Positions 36,724-49,748 of a DNA stretch of 64,000 nucleotides are shown here, piece after piece. The stretch lies in contig CM059432.1 of the NCBI GenBank assembly GCA_030390025.1, positions 55,988,001-56,052,000 of the forward strand, read 5' to 3'. This DNA comes from Squalus acanthias. Lineage: Eukaryota. A model generated the notes under the pieces. That model searched no databases. It was not told the origin of the DNA and saw nothing but the letters and a program-made list of their open reading frames with translations. Numbering within the stretch: position 1 is the stretch's first letter; each line of letters begins with the position of its first letter. The translations under genes were made by a program, and so were the position numbers.

Positions 36724-38254
36724 GTATGAATTATTTTATGTGATCAATACTATGCTGGCTTTTGTCCATCACTCTTAACCTTTCTTAACCTTGTGTTCAC
36801 AGCAAAAGGGAGTTTGCTTAAGCAGTTCCATGTTTTATGAACTGAAGTTTACATCTTAAACGTAACATGAATAGAATACTGTACCATAAGATTAGCAATT
36901 ACCTTTTTACCACATTATGTAGTACCAGTGCCTCATGATCTCCTGCCCATTTTCAAATTCTGTAAGATCACACTGTCGGACCATTGTACTCAGGCTAAAA
37001 CTAATAATCGTAATTTATTTACAAGCAGGTTAATTACACAAGCAGAAACACAGTGCAAGAAGCAGTACCATACATGACTTGTAACATACATTTTTGAAAA
37101 CAAAGCGCTGAATTTTTAGAAGTCCAATTCAATAACTTTTTCACTGAGTCAATGATGTTTTTGAGGTAATTGCAGGCTCAATGTTTAGCCAATCAGGATA
37201 TTAGTTATTTTTAACCAGTTGAGGAATTAAGGTATAAATAGCAGTGTCTTGGCCATCTATGTTTGCATTTGACATCTTGCCACAACAGAAACTATTTGGA
37301 ATGTCTGATATGTTTTCTGTTTTGAGACATAATGAAGATCTGCTTCTGTTAGACACACTATGCAGCTTTCACAATGGGAGTTTCTATTTTAAATTTCATG
37401 CTGTAAAATGTTATAAAATAGCGCTGTCCATATAGAAAGAAAAACTGAAAATGCTCTTGAGACAGTAATATTTCACTTCTAAATATAAAAGAGTTCAATA
37501 TTTGTAACTTTTGTCCTTAAACGCTGCTTATGGCTTTTAATGTCAATGACACTGATGGATCACTTGTACAGAGAGTACTTCTATCCACTCTCTACTACCT
37601 CTGGGTCCTAGTGCCCTTCATGTATAGGTAGAAGTCTATTCCACTGCACCCTGTTTTTGGCTAGTTACTGTGTCTCTTCCCAGATGAGAACTCCTCTCCC
37701 ACTGGAAAATAACATCATATCTTGGTTTGTAACAGCTTCATTAAATTTGAGATGTGCAGCAACAAAAAATATCTTGTAACATTCAACCTAGTGAGTTTTT
37801 ACAGTCAGTTATCATTCACAACATATATTTCATCTCCATGTTTGAGAGGGAAAAATAGATATCTGTAGTGTTAATATTTTATAACATTTCTTGATCGAGA
37901 ACAAGCTAATAGAGCACAGTTTAAAATATAAATCCTGAGAGGTAGCACATTGCTATATCCACATACTGTCTTACAAGTTTGTACGATGTGAGTTATCACC
38001 CATATGTGGTGTTACCTCTCTCCTCTGGTAAGATGCCAAACTGAGGCAAGGCATTCCTCTTGAGAGTGTTCAAGTCAGTCGATGGATCTACTGTGCATCT
38101 CTTTGTGGTTGATTAGGGGGTTCATGACAGGTGCTTGGGAACATGTTAGCTACCTAATTTAATTCATGAAACTGCAAAGTAACTAGAACATGGGAGAGGG
38201 GAATGTGGAATTTTATATATCGACCTTTGCTAAAAGTATGTGTTCTCTCCTTAG

Positions 38255-38471
38255 TGAATTATGACGTTAACACAGCGAGAGATATGTTGCTACTGGCATG
38301 CTCTCAGGATGAACAGAAAAGATGGATTGGACATTTAGTGAAGAAGATTCCCAAGACCCCACCAGTTGCCTCCAGCTTTGTGCGTGCTTCTCCCAGGACT
38401 TCTTCTACCAGATCAGCACCAAACCAATCTTTTCGCAAAACTGCCAAACATATTGTTCCAGTCAAGCCCAG
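38255..38471 (+). CDS. ROCK1: ROCK1 exon (~32): VNYDVNTARDMLLLACSQDEQKRW...NQSFRKTAKHIVPVKP(S)
   Basis: ccttag acceptor, AG|gtaata donor; ARDMLLLACSQDEQK and NQSFRK distinguish ROCK1 from ROCK2. Confidence 0.97.
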
Positions 38472-38924
38472 GTAATATATTGGAGAAAAGATTTTGTTTT
38501 GGTGTAAATCTGTGGAAAGTAACATGACTGAAGTCACTGATTTGCAGTTTTTATGGAGAAATGGATGGTTCGTGGAACATAATCCCCAAAACACTTATGA
38601 ATATCCTGTGATCCCAAGCAAGAGAAATTGACTTGGCTTAGTCACAAAAGAGTGAGCCTGAAAGTGACAGTTAAATTGAGTTAGGTTACAGATTGTTAGT
38701 GCTGCCCTTACACCTGTGGAACATGGCTCTAAATTATGATAGCTCTTAAGGGTTCTAAATGCTATTCATGTAGGGATGGGGGCATGTAGGATCCTAAGGA
38801 TTACAAAGTAAAAAGTTGGAATTCTGCAGTGATTAAAATAATGATTGCAAAAATGAATGCAAATAAAGGCAGTGAGCTTAAATGCACTTCCCTGTCCTGA
38901 TCATCAGAAGCAAAAAAAAAAGAA

Positions 38925-39400
38925 AGAACTTGCATTATATAGTGCAATTCATGTTTATGGGACTTCCCAAAGCACTGTACAGTGAATGAAGTACTTTTGG
39001 TGCAATCACTGTTGTTATGTACAGTTAATTATATATCACAACATATTTTCTCATGCACCAGCCAGTTTGCACACGGCGAAGTCCCACAAACAGTTTTGAG
39101 ATGAATGGCCAGTTAATCAATTTTGGTGATGTTGGTTGAGGGATAAATGCTGGCCAGGACACTGAGATAACTTCCCTGTTCCTTTTCAAATAGTTTCATG
39201 AGATCTTTTATGTCCACCTGAGCAGCCTCATGGGATCTCGTTTTCACAGCTCATCAGGAAAACTGCACTTCTGACAATGTAGCACTCCCTCAGTCATGCG
39301 CTGAAATGTCTAACTAGATTATGTACTCAAATCCAGGTGTGGCACTGAAACTCAACCTTCTGACTCTGCGGTATGAATGCTACCACTGAGCCAAGCTAAC
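38925..39400 (-). mobile_element. Deu-domain SINE
   Basis: Reverse complement of the 12340 element, with tRNA-like head and tail. Confidence 0.75.
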
Positions 39401-39539
39401 ATTCAAGCTACTGTAGTTATACAAATTACAGTAAACAGCTATGGATAAGCAGTACAAACTCGTGAAAGAACAGCTGATAAAGTTGGTGAAATAGCTGAAT
39501 TAGATCATAAAGATTTATGAATGAGGAAAGGCTATTCCC

Positions 39540-41760
39540 CAGCAACAATTTACATTATATAACGTAGCTCCTTTTGTAGATGACAGTCCTGGGGCGCTTT
39601 ACATGGTGGATGGTAGGGCGGAGGGTCCTGAGGAAGTGAGGAAGGAAATTGGAGGAGAAGATATGGAAATAAAAGGCATAGTTGAAGAGCTAGGTACCGA
39701 AGAGGCTTTTGAAGACAGAGTGATAACAAGCCACAACATGATTTTGGAAGACAGTTTCAGAGGGGCAAGTAGACCAGCCTCTGATAATGAAGTAGAAGGG
39801 GTGGGGAATGAGATACAATCCAGGGACAGATGATGGAGAACATTTCTCGGATAAGGTTAAGCAAGACCATGGAGAGATTTGAAGATGAGGACAAGCAGCT
39901 TGAAACTCACTTGCTGGGATGCAGGGAGTCAGCGAGTAGAAAGAATTACATAGAATTTACAGCACAGAAACAGGCCATTTGGCCCAACTGGTTTGTGACG
40001 GTGTTTATGCTCCACACGAGTCTCCTCCCACCATACTTCATCTTACCCTATCAGCATATTCTTCTATTTCTTTCTCCCTCGTGTACTTATCTAGCTTCCT
40101 CTTAAATGCATCTACATTATTGAGTGATGGGTGTACGGAACAACATGTGGCAGAGGACTAATAGTGCAGAGTTCTGGATTGGCTGAACTTTGTAAAAGGT
40201 AAAGGGTGGAGATGGCAGGGCCAATAAGGAAAGCACTGAGGAGTTGCTCCATAAGGTAGGTGACAAGACATGGATTAGGGTTTTGCCAGTGATCGAATAA
40301 GATAGGAGAGTAAGCAGGTATTTTGGAAGTGGAAGAAGGTGATCTTGACAATGGACAAGATGTAGGGGGCAAAATTGGGTCATGCCCCCTTTGGGGCGCT
40401 ACTTTTAGCGCCCCGAAAAAGTTAGCACCCCTGTGCCCGAAATTCACTGGTAGCACCCCAAAAGGGAGGCGGGGCGCTACTGGAAGTGCCCCGCCTCCCT
40501 CTTGGGCGCTGCGAGTGAATATCGCAGCGCAACGTGCCACAGTACTGCAGGCCTTCCCCTTATTAGAGGGGAGGGGCCTAGCGCAGCTCAACCCGGGGCC
40601 CAGCTGGGCCACCAGGGATCGGAGTGCCGGCAGGTGCTAGCAACGGGGGCAGGTGCTAGCAGGTGGCCAGCAACAAAAATGGCCACCCGGCCCCTCCTTT
40701 AATTTGCGCTGCCCCGGCCGCACGTACGCCCCCCTGACCCTGTCGGACATGGCGTCCGGCAGTAAGTCAGGGGGCGCTACCGAAGATCGCAAGCGGGGTG
40801 CTGTGCACGGCAATGACGTCATCACCAGAGGCGCAGTGGGGCGCTAACGGTTACCACCACCGCTATCCTCCCGCTGAATTTCGCGGGAGGCGTTAGCGGC
40901 GCCGTGCCCAGGCGCTAGTTGCTTTGCGCCCTGTTAGCACCCTCTTAGGGCACTAACGGGAGGCGCAAATCAACCGAATTTTTCCCCCGTAGAGTTTAAA
41001 GCTAGGCCTGGATTTAACAACACTGAGGTTGCACATCACTGAGCGGACAAACAAGGGTCAGTGCAGTTGAAGCCAGAGGCATATGGTTGGTGGCGCGAGC
41101 CAACTAGGATTGCTTCAGTCTTTTCAATATTGGCCTGTAGGAAATTTCAGTTTATCTAGTTCTTGATGTCAGGTAAGCAGTCATAAGTTGTAGCAACAGT
41201 TGTGGATTTGATACAACACTGATAGAATTGAGTGTTGTTGGCGACATGTCAAAGCTCACAGCCGTTCTTGCAGATGTTGTGGAGTAGCATGTGGATGACA
41301 AAAAGGACACAATCAAGGATGGAGCCATGGGGCATATTGAGGTGACTGTGCAAACACAGGAGGAGAAGTAGTTGAAGAGGTGACTTTGTTGGGAAAGGTT
41401 GGCGAGAAGCCTGAGAGTGCAGTGCCCATGGAGGAAGAAGCAATGGGAAACAATGGAATGCTCAACAGTATAGGAGTTGGCAAAGACATTCAGGAGGCCA
41501 AGGTCAACAATGAACCATGGCCACAGTTACACAGGATGTCATTGGTGACTGACCAGGGAAATCTCAGTGCTTTGCGCTAGTCTGAAACCAGATTTGAACC
41601 AGAAGTGATGAGAGAAGTGAGCATTTTGTTCAGTAGCAACAACATATTAAAGGACTTCGGAGACGAGGGCAGCAGTTTGAGAATATAGGTAGTTTGGAAA
41701 AGGGTGAAAGATTGACAATGCCGGAAAATATGGTATCAGTAAGAGGGATTTGGTGGCCTA
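39540..41760 (-). mobile_element. Old L2 remnant with nested CR1 tail (~39948-40110) and MITE
   Basis: Purine-rich L2 antisense pattern; GSILD..LF.IHML remnant. Confidence 0.55.
40365..40988. mobile_element. Full-length GC-rich Harbinger-like MITE
   Basis: TIRs GGGGGCAAAATT / AATTTTTCCCCC; perfect 3-bp TSD gta; repeated GGCGCTA motifs. Confidence 0.8.
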
Positions 41761-41939
41761 GAACTCAATCGAAAGGGGTTTAGGAAGTATCTGTGAATAA
41801 ATTTGCAAAGTGAGCTTGATCAGAGCTATGTTAGAGATGGGGTGAAGGGAAGAGTATAGGGGCTGGATTAGGACGGCTCCAGAAAGACTGGTGGACTTCA
41901 TAGAGGAAGTGAGGCTAATAAGGAATAATAGGGGAGAAA

Positions 41940-42518
41940 CTGCAGAGTATAGGTGTTGATAACTGTCTTCAGCCCCCGCCACAAATTTCGTACAGATGTC
42001 ACCAATTCCATCCTGCTCCCTGGCCAATGTCTCAGGCTGAACCAAACTTTGCGCAACCTCGTCATCCTAGTCACCCTGAGCTGAGTCTCGAACCCCAAAA
42101 TCATCTCCATCACAACACCTACTTCCACCTCTGTAACATTGCCCCTCTCACTCCTGTTTTAGCCTATCTGCTGCTGAAACCCTCATCCATGCCTTTGTCA
42201 CTTTCAGACTTGACAATTCCAGTGCTCTCCTAGCCCGCCTTCCATCCTCCATGCTCTGTAAACTTTAGTTTATCCAAAACTCTGCTGCCTGTATCCTATC
42301 CAGCATCAAGTCCCGCTCACCCATCACCCTTGCACTTGCTGACCTACATTGGCTCCTCATCCCCCAATGCCTCAAATTTAAGACCCACCTTTTTGACCAA
42401 GCTTTTTGTCACCGCTCCTAATATTTCTTTCATTGGCTTGCCATTCATTTTTTTCTTTATACCTCTGAAGCATCTTTTTATTTCTACGTTAAAAGCACTA
42501 TTTAAATGCAAGTTGTTG
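41940..42518 (+). mobile_element. L2 3' part
   Basis: TYFHLCNIA, ccaaaactctgctgcc, L2 tail. Confidence 0.8.
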
Positions 42519-44239
42519 ACGAGGGCTAGGTTAGGAGGGACTAAAAGGAGTGATCGGAAGGGGAGAGAAGGCAATGGAGGAGCCAGAGATGGCCAAGAAG
42601 ATAGTCTAGATTTTGGAAACACGCAAGCTTATGTTTCTTGTATACCTTGTATTAGAGGTGTTGGAGGCGATTAGGGGAATGGGTTAATGGTAGAGAGGAG
42701 GAGGTTGAAGTGGTCCTTGCTGTCAAGGATGACCTTAAAATAATGGGAGAATTTGGCTACAGAGAGGGAAATATAGCCCTGCTTTGGGTAGTGAAGCCAG
42801 CTTTGTCGATGGACAGACCGGGCAGTTGCATGCTAAATGTTCTGTAGTCTGCAGCCCACAAGTGGCTGTTGTACCAAGGGAACAGTGAGGATGGGATACT
42901 GTTTAGGATCTGGTGGGGACAGGGGTATTAGAAGTGGAGCCAAGATAGTTATTGACCAGATCGATGATGCAGATGACAGGCTAGAGAACAGGTTCCGAAA
43001 CTGGAGGGTGCAAAAAAGTTATCAGTGAGGGGGGGGGGGGGGGGGGGAAGTGGAGCTCGTTAGTTGTAACTCACTAACAGATAATGCCATCAAAATGTAT
43101 TTTCTCCATTGGTTGGCGCTGTAGCACTCCCCTCAACTATCTCAGGCTGATTCCCGACTGCTCTCTCCAAAACACAGGCATCTCCTGCACATAGTTCCAG
43201 CTTACAGGTATTTTACTCCTCAGTTTAAATGTTTTCTTTAGTTGGGGAAAAAAAAGTTCTTTGCCTTCTGGTCTTTACATTTGTGCACCATAAATGTATT
43301 TTTGGAAGGGCTCATGAGCCCTGCGATCCCCACTGCCATAGAGAAATAAATTAATTGCAGCAAGTCCGTACCTGACCCCCCTCCCCTCACCACTCTGCTT
43401 CAGAAATCTGTTAATCAGTTCTTGCTGCAATTTCTGTAGCTCTGTGAAGCATCCATTTTTTCGTTCCTCTATCAAAGTTTTCATGAGCCCTCGAGTCCCT
43501 GAGATGTTTAGAAGGAATTGATAAATAGCCCTCCTTTTAAAAACTTGTCACGGCTTCAAAAAATACTTTATTTGCCACTGCTCTGCAACTTTATGGAAAG
43601 TTTATTTTGCCCTGTTTGACCACAGACCCATTTCAGTTCTGTCTGCAGAGGGTTGTTCATCCTGCAGCCAGCTTGCATCTCTAACCTGGAGAAAGGAGAG
43701 GTCCACAGCTTTCCTTTCAGTGAAGTTGCTTACACTGTCATAGTGGCTGGGAAATTCTTTGGTGTGCTCACGTTTGGCTGGTGTTATTTCGCTAGAGGTG
43801 CAGTAGAAACCCCGTTTAAATTTAACACATTAAGCTTTTTATTTTGAGGGCAGGGCACAGAAAGAGATGGACATATTGGAGGTAGGGGAAAGTCAGCCAG
43901 TACTCCTGCTCATGACCACGATCCAGTGACCGCTGCTGAACGTGCACATATGTAGATATCAGATAAGGACAGGATCAGGCTTGGCTGTCATGCTACCTTC
44001 CCCGTGCTCCCCCTTTGCATTTCAATAAACTGGCAAGATGCAGTATCGAGGCATCCACATGGAAAATGGGCACTTGGGTGAGATACCAAAGGGAACATGA
44101 CACCCATAGATCCATTGCCCAGCAAGGAGTCAATGTCATCAGGAGGTTAATGGGAGAGTGAATCGATGAGACGAGAAAGGAAAAAGAAAGCATCTTTTAT
44201 ACAAGAAGGTTTGAAAATTCTAACCTATTTTGAACTTTA

Positions 44240-44475
44240 AATGGCCATGCCTTCAGCTGCCTAAGCTCTGGAATTCCCTCCTTAAACCTCTTCGCCTCTC
44301 CACCACTCTCTCCTCCTTTAAGACGTTGCTTAAAACCTACCTCTTTGACCAAACGTTTGATCACCAGTACTAATGCCTCTTTCTTTGGCTTGGTGTCACT
44401 TTTTGTTTATGCTCCTGTGAAGCGCCTTGGGACATTTTACTACGTTAAAGGCGCTATATAAATACAAGTTGTTGT
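44240..44475 (+). mobile_element. L2 3' end
   Basis: ctcctgtgaagcgccttgggac...ggcgctatataaatacaagttgttg. Confidence 0.85.
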
Positions 44476-44903
44476 AAGAAGGTATTTTTTGAAGAACTGG
44501 AACGTTTCCATGCCTCTAGTGATGTGGCATGGAAACGATTCATATAGGACAGACTCCGATTCAGTCCCTGGTTAGTGCTGAATTAGCTGAACAGGGGTTG
44601 TGTTGGATTGCTGTAGTCGACTTGTGTTTTTGGGATAGGGAGGGGGGAATATCAACCAATGTTTCCATTCCTGATCATCATCCAGTGACACCCTGCTGGA
44701 AGCTGGAGATGTAGACATCAGACATTCTGGTACTCACTGGGCTCACACAGGAAGAAAGGCTACATGTGCGAGATACTGCAGAGCTGCTAGGGACAGCAGA
44801 ACCATACCTGAGCAAAAAAGGCCAAACCTGGACAGATTGGGACAAAAAACATTACAATGAAGAAAAATTCTGGGTTCCTTTTGTGTAATGATATAGAAAT
44901 AAT

Positions 44904-45653
44904 GGCTTAGAAATTGCGGTCGAGGTGTACCTCCGGAGTACACCTCCGACCCGCGAAACATTTACGAATTTACCTCCAGGTGTCCAGGCTGTGAAGAGTT
45001 GCGGTCTCTGGCTTCCAGGCATACGGCAGCGTAAAGGCCCACTGATCCCAGGGACGCAGGCGGTTCGGAAGCGTCCCTGGGATCACGTGGGTCCGGTTCT
45101 CAATGACAAAGGAGGATTTCATTGCAATCATTTGCAAAACGAATCCCTAATGATATGCAATGGAATCCCCAAATAATTATACAATTTACAGAATTCTAAT
45201 GATTATAAATGTACTGAATTGCAATTTTATTCATCCATCCCTTCATTCCACCAACCTCAATAAAAATTTAATTTTTTGATAAATTTTAAACATCTTAATC
45301 CGGGCCAATATTTGCATAAACTCATTTATAGTGTGTGTGCATAATTTTGGATTTTTAAATGTTTTATTTAAGCCTTATATATACCTTTACGCTGATGAAA
45401 GCAGGCCCTATGCCTGCTTTTACCAGCTGTAAGAGTTGCGTGGGCAGTTGTTGAGCAAATAGTCCAACTCTGTGCCAGCAATACTCATTTTTCAGTCGGT
45501 TCGCATGATCTGTCAAGGCATATCTTGACAGATCGCAAGTTCTGGATTTCGCACAAGCACATGCGGAAATCCGGAACTTCCGGGGCCTTTGAAATGGATT
45601 ACGACGGTGTACTCTGAGAGTACGCAGTCATGGAGAACGCATTTTTTGCCCCC
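44904..45653. mobile_element. Harbinger-like MITE with AT-rich centre and internal palindromes
   Basis: GGCTTAGAAATTGCG / CGCATTTTTTGCCCCC ends; palindromes near 44922-44946 and 45507-45534. Confidence 0.6.
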
Positions 45654-45846
45654 ATAATTTACTCTCTTAAATCATTACTTCTATAATGATGTAGTAGTTT
45701 ACTCTGCAATTCAAATAAAATGCATAGTTTTTTTGAAGCCATCTGAATGCTGCTATTTGACAGACATGTTTTCATATTTTATTCCAGCTACTGTGTTCAG
45801 GTAGATGTCAAAGTTCTGTTGATTATGAATATTTTTTCTATTTCAG

Positions 45847-45850
45847 CTAA
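45847..45850 (+). CDS. ROCK1: ROCK1 terminal exon (~33) coding part: completes Ser codon, then TAA stop
   Basis: ttttttctatttcag|C TAA CCA; same 4-nt coding tail layout as mammalian ROCK1 last exon; followed by repeat-free AU-rich sequence. Confidence 0.85.
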
Positions 45851-47330
45851 CCACCTCTGGAATTGGGATCCAAGATTCTTTTCAAGAAACCAGGGTTTTC
45901 GAAGATCACAAAGTAGTGCAAAATGGATTTGATTCCTTTGAATACAAACATTACAAATTTCAGGGTTACAATTGTTTAACCCGTGCCTCCCACTCCCCAG
46001 TTCCCCATTCCTGCTGTAATCACAGCACGTGGAAGGCTATTCACTGCGTGTTACCCACATTAGCATAGTTTTTTTTAAATTGCAACAGATAAAGCATAGC
46101 TAGAAATAAGATGCTGCTTTTTCTGTAATAATCAAGTGAACACCAGGGTAGATCATTGTGGAATAGCCCAATGAGTTTTCTTTTATCACATTATTTAAGC
46201 AAGTAAGGGACAGAACAGCTTGTGCTAAATCAGGGAGGGAAGGTGTGGAATCAAAATACTGAAAATACAAGCACAAGACAAGATGGAACTGCTTTGAAGA
46301 TGGTGTCAGATGCTTGAAAAGACCAATGGTATCTTGGAATCCGTTATGTCCTCAAACTTTTTATGCCTTTAGTGCAGAGTTGTTGAGACCTTGAAGCTCA
46401 AAAATCTCTTGGCTTTAAGATGAAAATGTTTGGTGAACTGCTGGTATAAGTGCTTAGAAATTATACTGTTCCAAATGCTTCAATTGAAAATGTGTAGAAC
46501 TGGGAAAAATGAACAGAGTGTTTCACTCTTGATCTATGCATTTTTTGCCAAGCCATAGTGGTTCATGGATTGATGAACCACTAGAAATAACAGAAGCATT
46601 AGGAAAGTAGCAACAATTTAGAACAACCAGGTTTGAGAGTATTTTGGGGGGTACATTATTTTGTAATGATTTTATAAATATATTGCCTTACATTTGCAAA
46701 TAAATTCTTATCAGATGGTAGACAACATTAACTTAACAGATAAATTGTGCACTGTTTTAAAGCATAAGTTATTCTACTTAAAACACTTTAACAGGAGTAG
46801 CATTGTCCTGTTTGGTGCCTTACTTTTGAAGAACTGTTTTACTGCCATATAATTAATGCATCATAATTTCCGATAACTTCATCTGCGTAAACATTTTCCT
46901 TTGCATTGTGAACTGTATTTTAAGTTAAGATTTTATTTTGGGTATAATTTTGAATACAATGTTAAGGTGAATAAACTGCCTGTAATGAGTGGGATTTATT
47001 CATAGGAAAACATGCAGGAAACTTGAACTGCAGAATGCATTAAGTAAGATTTGTTTATGTGAATTATTTCAGGAGTCACTCCAGTAATATAGGAATTGTT
47101 GTATTTGCTGTTTTATCTCTTGCCAGTCAGCAGGAACACATTCATGATATGGATGGGTATGGTTTACTTCACCCAGTACCTCCCAAAATAATTTATAATG
47201 GCTTAGCAGTTACATGTATTAAGCACTGGAAATTGGATTTTTGTTTAGGATGAACGCATGTTTTAAAAGATATTGAAAGTCGCACTGATGGGTATGTACC
47301 AATAAACATATCTTGTCTACATGCATCTGC
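45851..47330 (+). other. ROCK1: ROCK1 3'UTR with candidate polyA signals AATAAA at 46699, 46970 and 47301
   Basis: Repeat-free AU-rich block after the stop; several miRNA seed matches; end point uncertain. Confidence 0.7.
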
Positions 47331-47489
47331 CTGTTTTAATATGGTGGGAAATGGTTCTTGCAGACTTCGCCAGGGCAGATGATCTGATTTTTTACTGAAG
47401 TTGTTTTCTGATACCAAAATGTGCAGCATGAATCTTTGTTATTGGAGCAGAATTTATTAATTCACTGAAGAAAGAACTGTTATTTTATG

Positions 47490-47805
47490 GCAGCGACTTT
47501 GTACACTGCAAAGTCTCAGCAAATGAGATAAATGACTAGTTAATCTATTTTGGTAATGTTGGTTGAGGGAGGAGCGAGGGTACAGGGAGAACTCCCTGCA
47601 ACATTTCATCTAGTGTGATCTTTTACGTACACCTGAATAGGCTGATGGGGTCTCTTTTGAAAGGTGGAATCTCCAACAATGCAGCACTCCCTCAGTACTG
47701 CACAAGTGTCAACCCAGATGATCTGCTGAAGTCCTGGAATGGACTTTGAACACGCAACTTTTTAACTCAAAGGCAAGAGTACTACCATTGAGCCAAACTG
47801 ACACT
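47490..47805 (-). mobile_element. Deu-domain SINE
   Basis: Similar to 38925-39400. Confidence 0.7.
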
Positions 47806-48043
47806 TTTAAAAGAGAATTAGCTAGTTCCCTGAATATTAAAGGTTATGGGGAGTGAGCAGGAGTGGGATTGGACTTGTGGAGGAAAAAAAGCACCGCCAT
47901 CTTGGGCTGAATGTCACTGATTTTAGATTGTAGTCTGATAACACTTTTGCTACAAAAATTCTTCCAATTCTAGTAAAGGCAGCAATAGCCACCTTGATAT
48001 TTCCAAATCCATTATTCCATCAATGGATCAATCGTCTGCCACT

Positions 48044-49280
48044 CATAAGGACTTAAGACATAAGAAATAAGAGCAGGAGTAGGCGATTGAGCCATTCAAG
48101 CCTGCTCCGCCATTCAAGAAGATCATGGCTGATCTTCCACCTGAACTCCACCTTCCCGCACTATCCGCATAACCATAGATTCCCTTAATACCCAAAAATC
48201 TGTTGATCTCTATCTTGAATATACTCAACGACAGCATCCACAGCCCTCTGGGGTAGAGAATTCCAAAGATTCACAACCCTTTGAGTGAAGAAATTTCTCC
48301 TCATCTCAGTTCTAAATGGTGACCCCTGATTCTGAGACCATGACCCCTAGTTCTAGACTCATTGCCAGGGGAAACATTCTCTCAGCATCTGCCCTGTCAA
48401 GATCACCTCTCATTCTTCTAAACTCCAGAGAATATAGGCTCATTCTACTCAATCTCTTCTCATAGGACAGCCCTCTCATCCCAGGAATCAATCTAGTGAA
48501 CCTTCGTTGCACCCACTCTAAGACAAGTATATCCTTCCTTAGGTAAGGCAACCAAAGCTGTACACAGTACTTCCAAGTGTGGCCCGTTCTTGAATAGCGG
48601 GGTTACATTTGCTACCTTCCGATCCTCAGGGACTGTTCTAGCATCTAGGGAATTCTGGAAGATCAAAGCCAATGCATCCACCATCTCTGTAGCCACCTCT
48701 TTTAAAACCATAGGATGTCGGCCATCAGGTCCAGGGGATTTGTCGGCTTTTAGTCCCATTAATTTCTCTAGTACTATTTCTTTACTAATATTAATTTCTT
48801 TAAGTTTCTCATTCTCATTAGACCCTTAGTTCTCCACTATTTCCGGAATGTTTTTTGTGTCTTTTTCCATGAAGACCGATACAAAGTATTTGTTTAATAT
48901 CTCTGCTATTTCCTTATTCCCCATTTATAATTTCTGCTGTCTCTGCCTGTAAGGGACCCACATTTACTTTCGCTAATCTCTTCCTTTTTTCATACCTATA
49001 GAAGCTTTTACAATCTATTTTTGTGTCTTGCTCGTTTAGTCTTGTATTCTATTTTCTCTCTTTCTATTAATTATTGGTCCTCCTTTGCTGAATACTAATA
49101 TCCTCCCAATCCTCAGGCTTACTACTCTTGTTGGCAACATTATCAGCCTCTTCCTTTAATCTAAAACAATCTTTAACTTCTCTTAGCCACAGTTGAACCA
49201 TTTTTCCCATTGGGTTTTTATTCCTTAAGGGAATGTATTTTCATTGTGAATTATGATTTATTTCTTTAAATGTTTGCCAT
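48044..49280 (-). mobile_element. CR1 LINE with internal deletions
   Basis: KSPGPDG.HP..LKEVA, VQRRFTRLIPGM; CR1 tail. Confidence 0.9.
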
Positions 49281-49748
49281 TTAAAGAAATAAATTGCCGT
49301 TTACTCAGATAGGTCAACGATGTCTCAAGTTCATGCAGTACCCTTGATGTTTATTCGGTGGGGGGTGGGAGGGAAAGAAGTGTTTTGAGATGCAGACTGA
49401 TGCATCGCTTATGTTGCCTTGAAATTGATTGAGACATCAAATTCCTTTGTAGATGTTGAAAAATGGTCCATAATATATTTCGATGTATGTAATTGTCACC
49501 AATGATTCCTGAATAATTTTCTCCTTCATGTTAAAAGTCTTGGGCTTGATTGTTAATATTCACACCTTTGTACGAAATCCACTATTCATTCTTTGCTGAC
49601 GCGAGAAAGTGTCCTTACAAAATTTGAAAATAATTGGCTGACCTGGAAGGGACAACAATGGCTCATTAGACTTGGTGTCAGCAATAGCAGGGATTCTGAA
49701 AGCAATGGTCCTTCCAAATGTTAAAGAATAAGCATCTTGTGATTTTCT

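Noticed and set aside
38472..38475. ROCK1 stop at the end of ORF 38203-38475 (KPR*)
   Set aside because: The TAA overlaps the donor AG|gtaata; the expected terminal exon is at 45847. It would be used only on intron retention.
743..45850. Assignment to ROCK2
   Set aside because: Exon 22 length and some residues are ROCK2-like, but QYRGNEGQMRE, DRKKANT, NIKRYGWKKQ, TQGDVYRAE, ARDMLLLACSQDEQK and NQSFRK are ROCK1-type.
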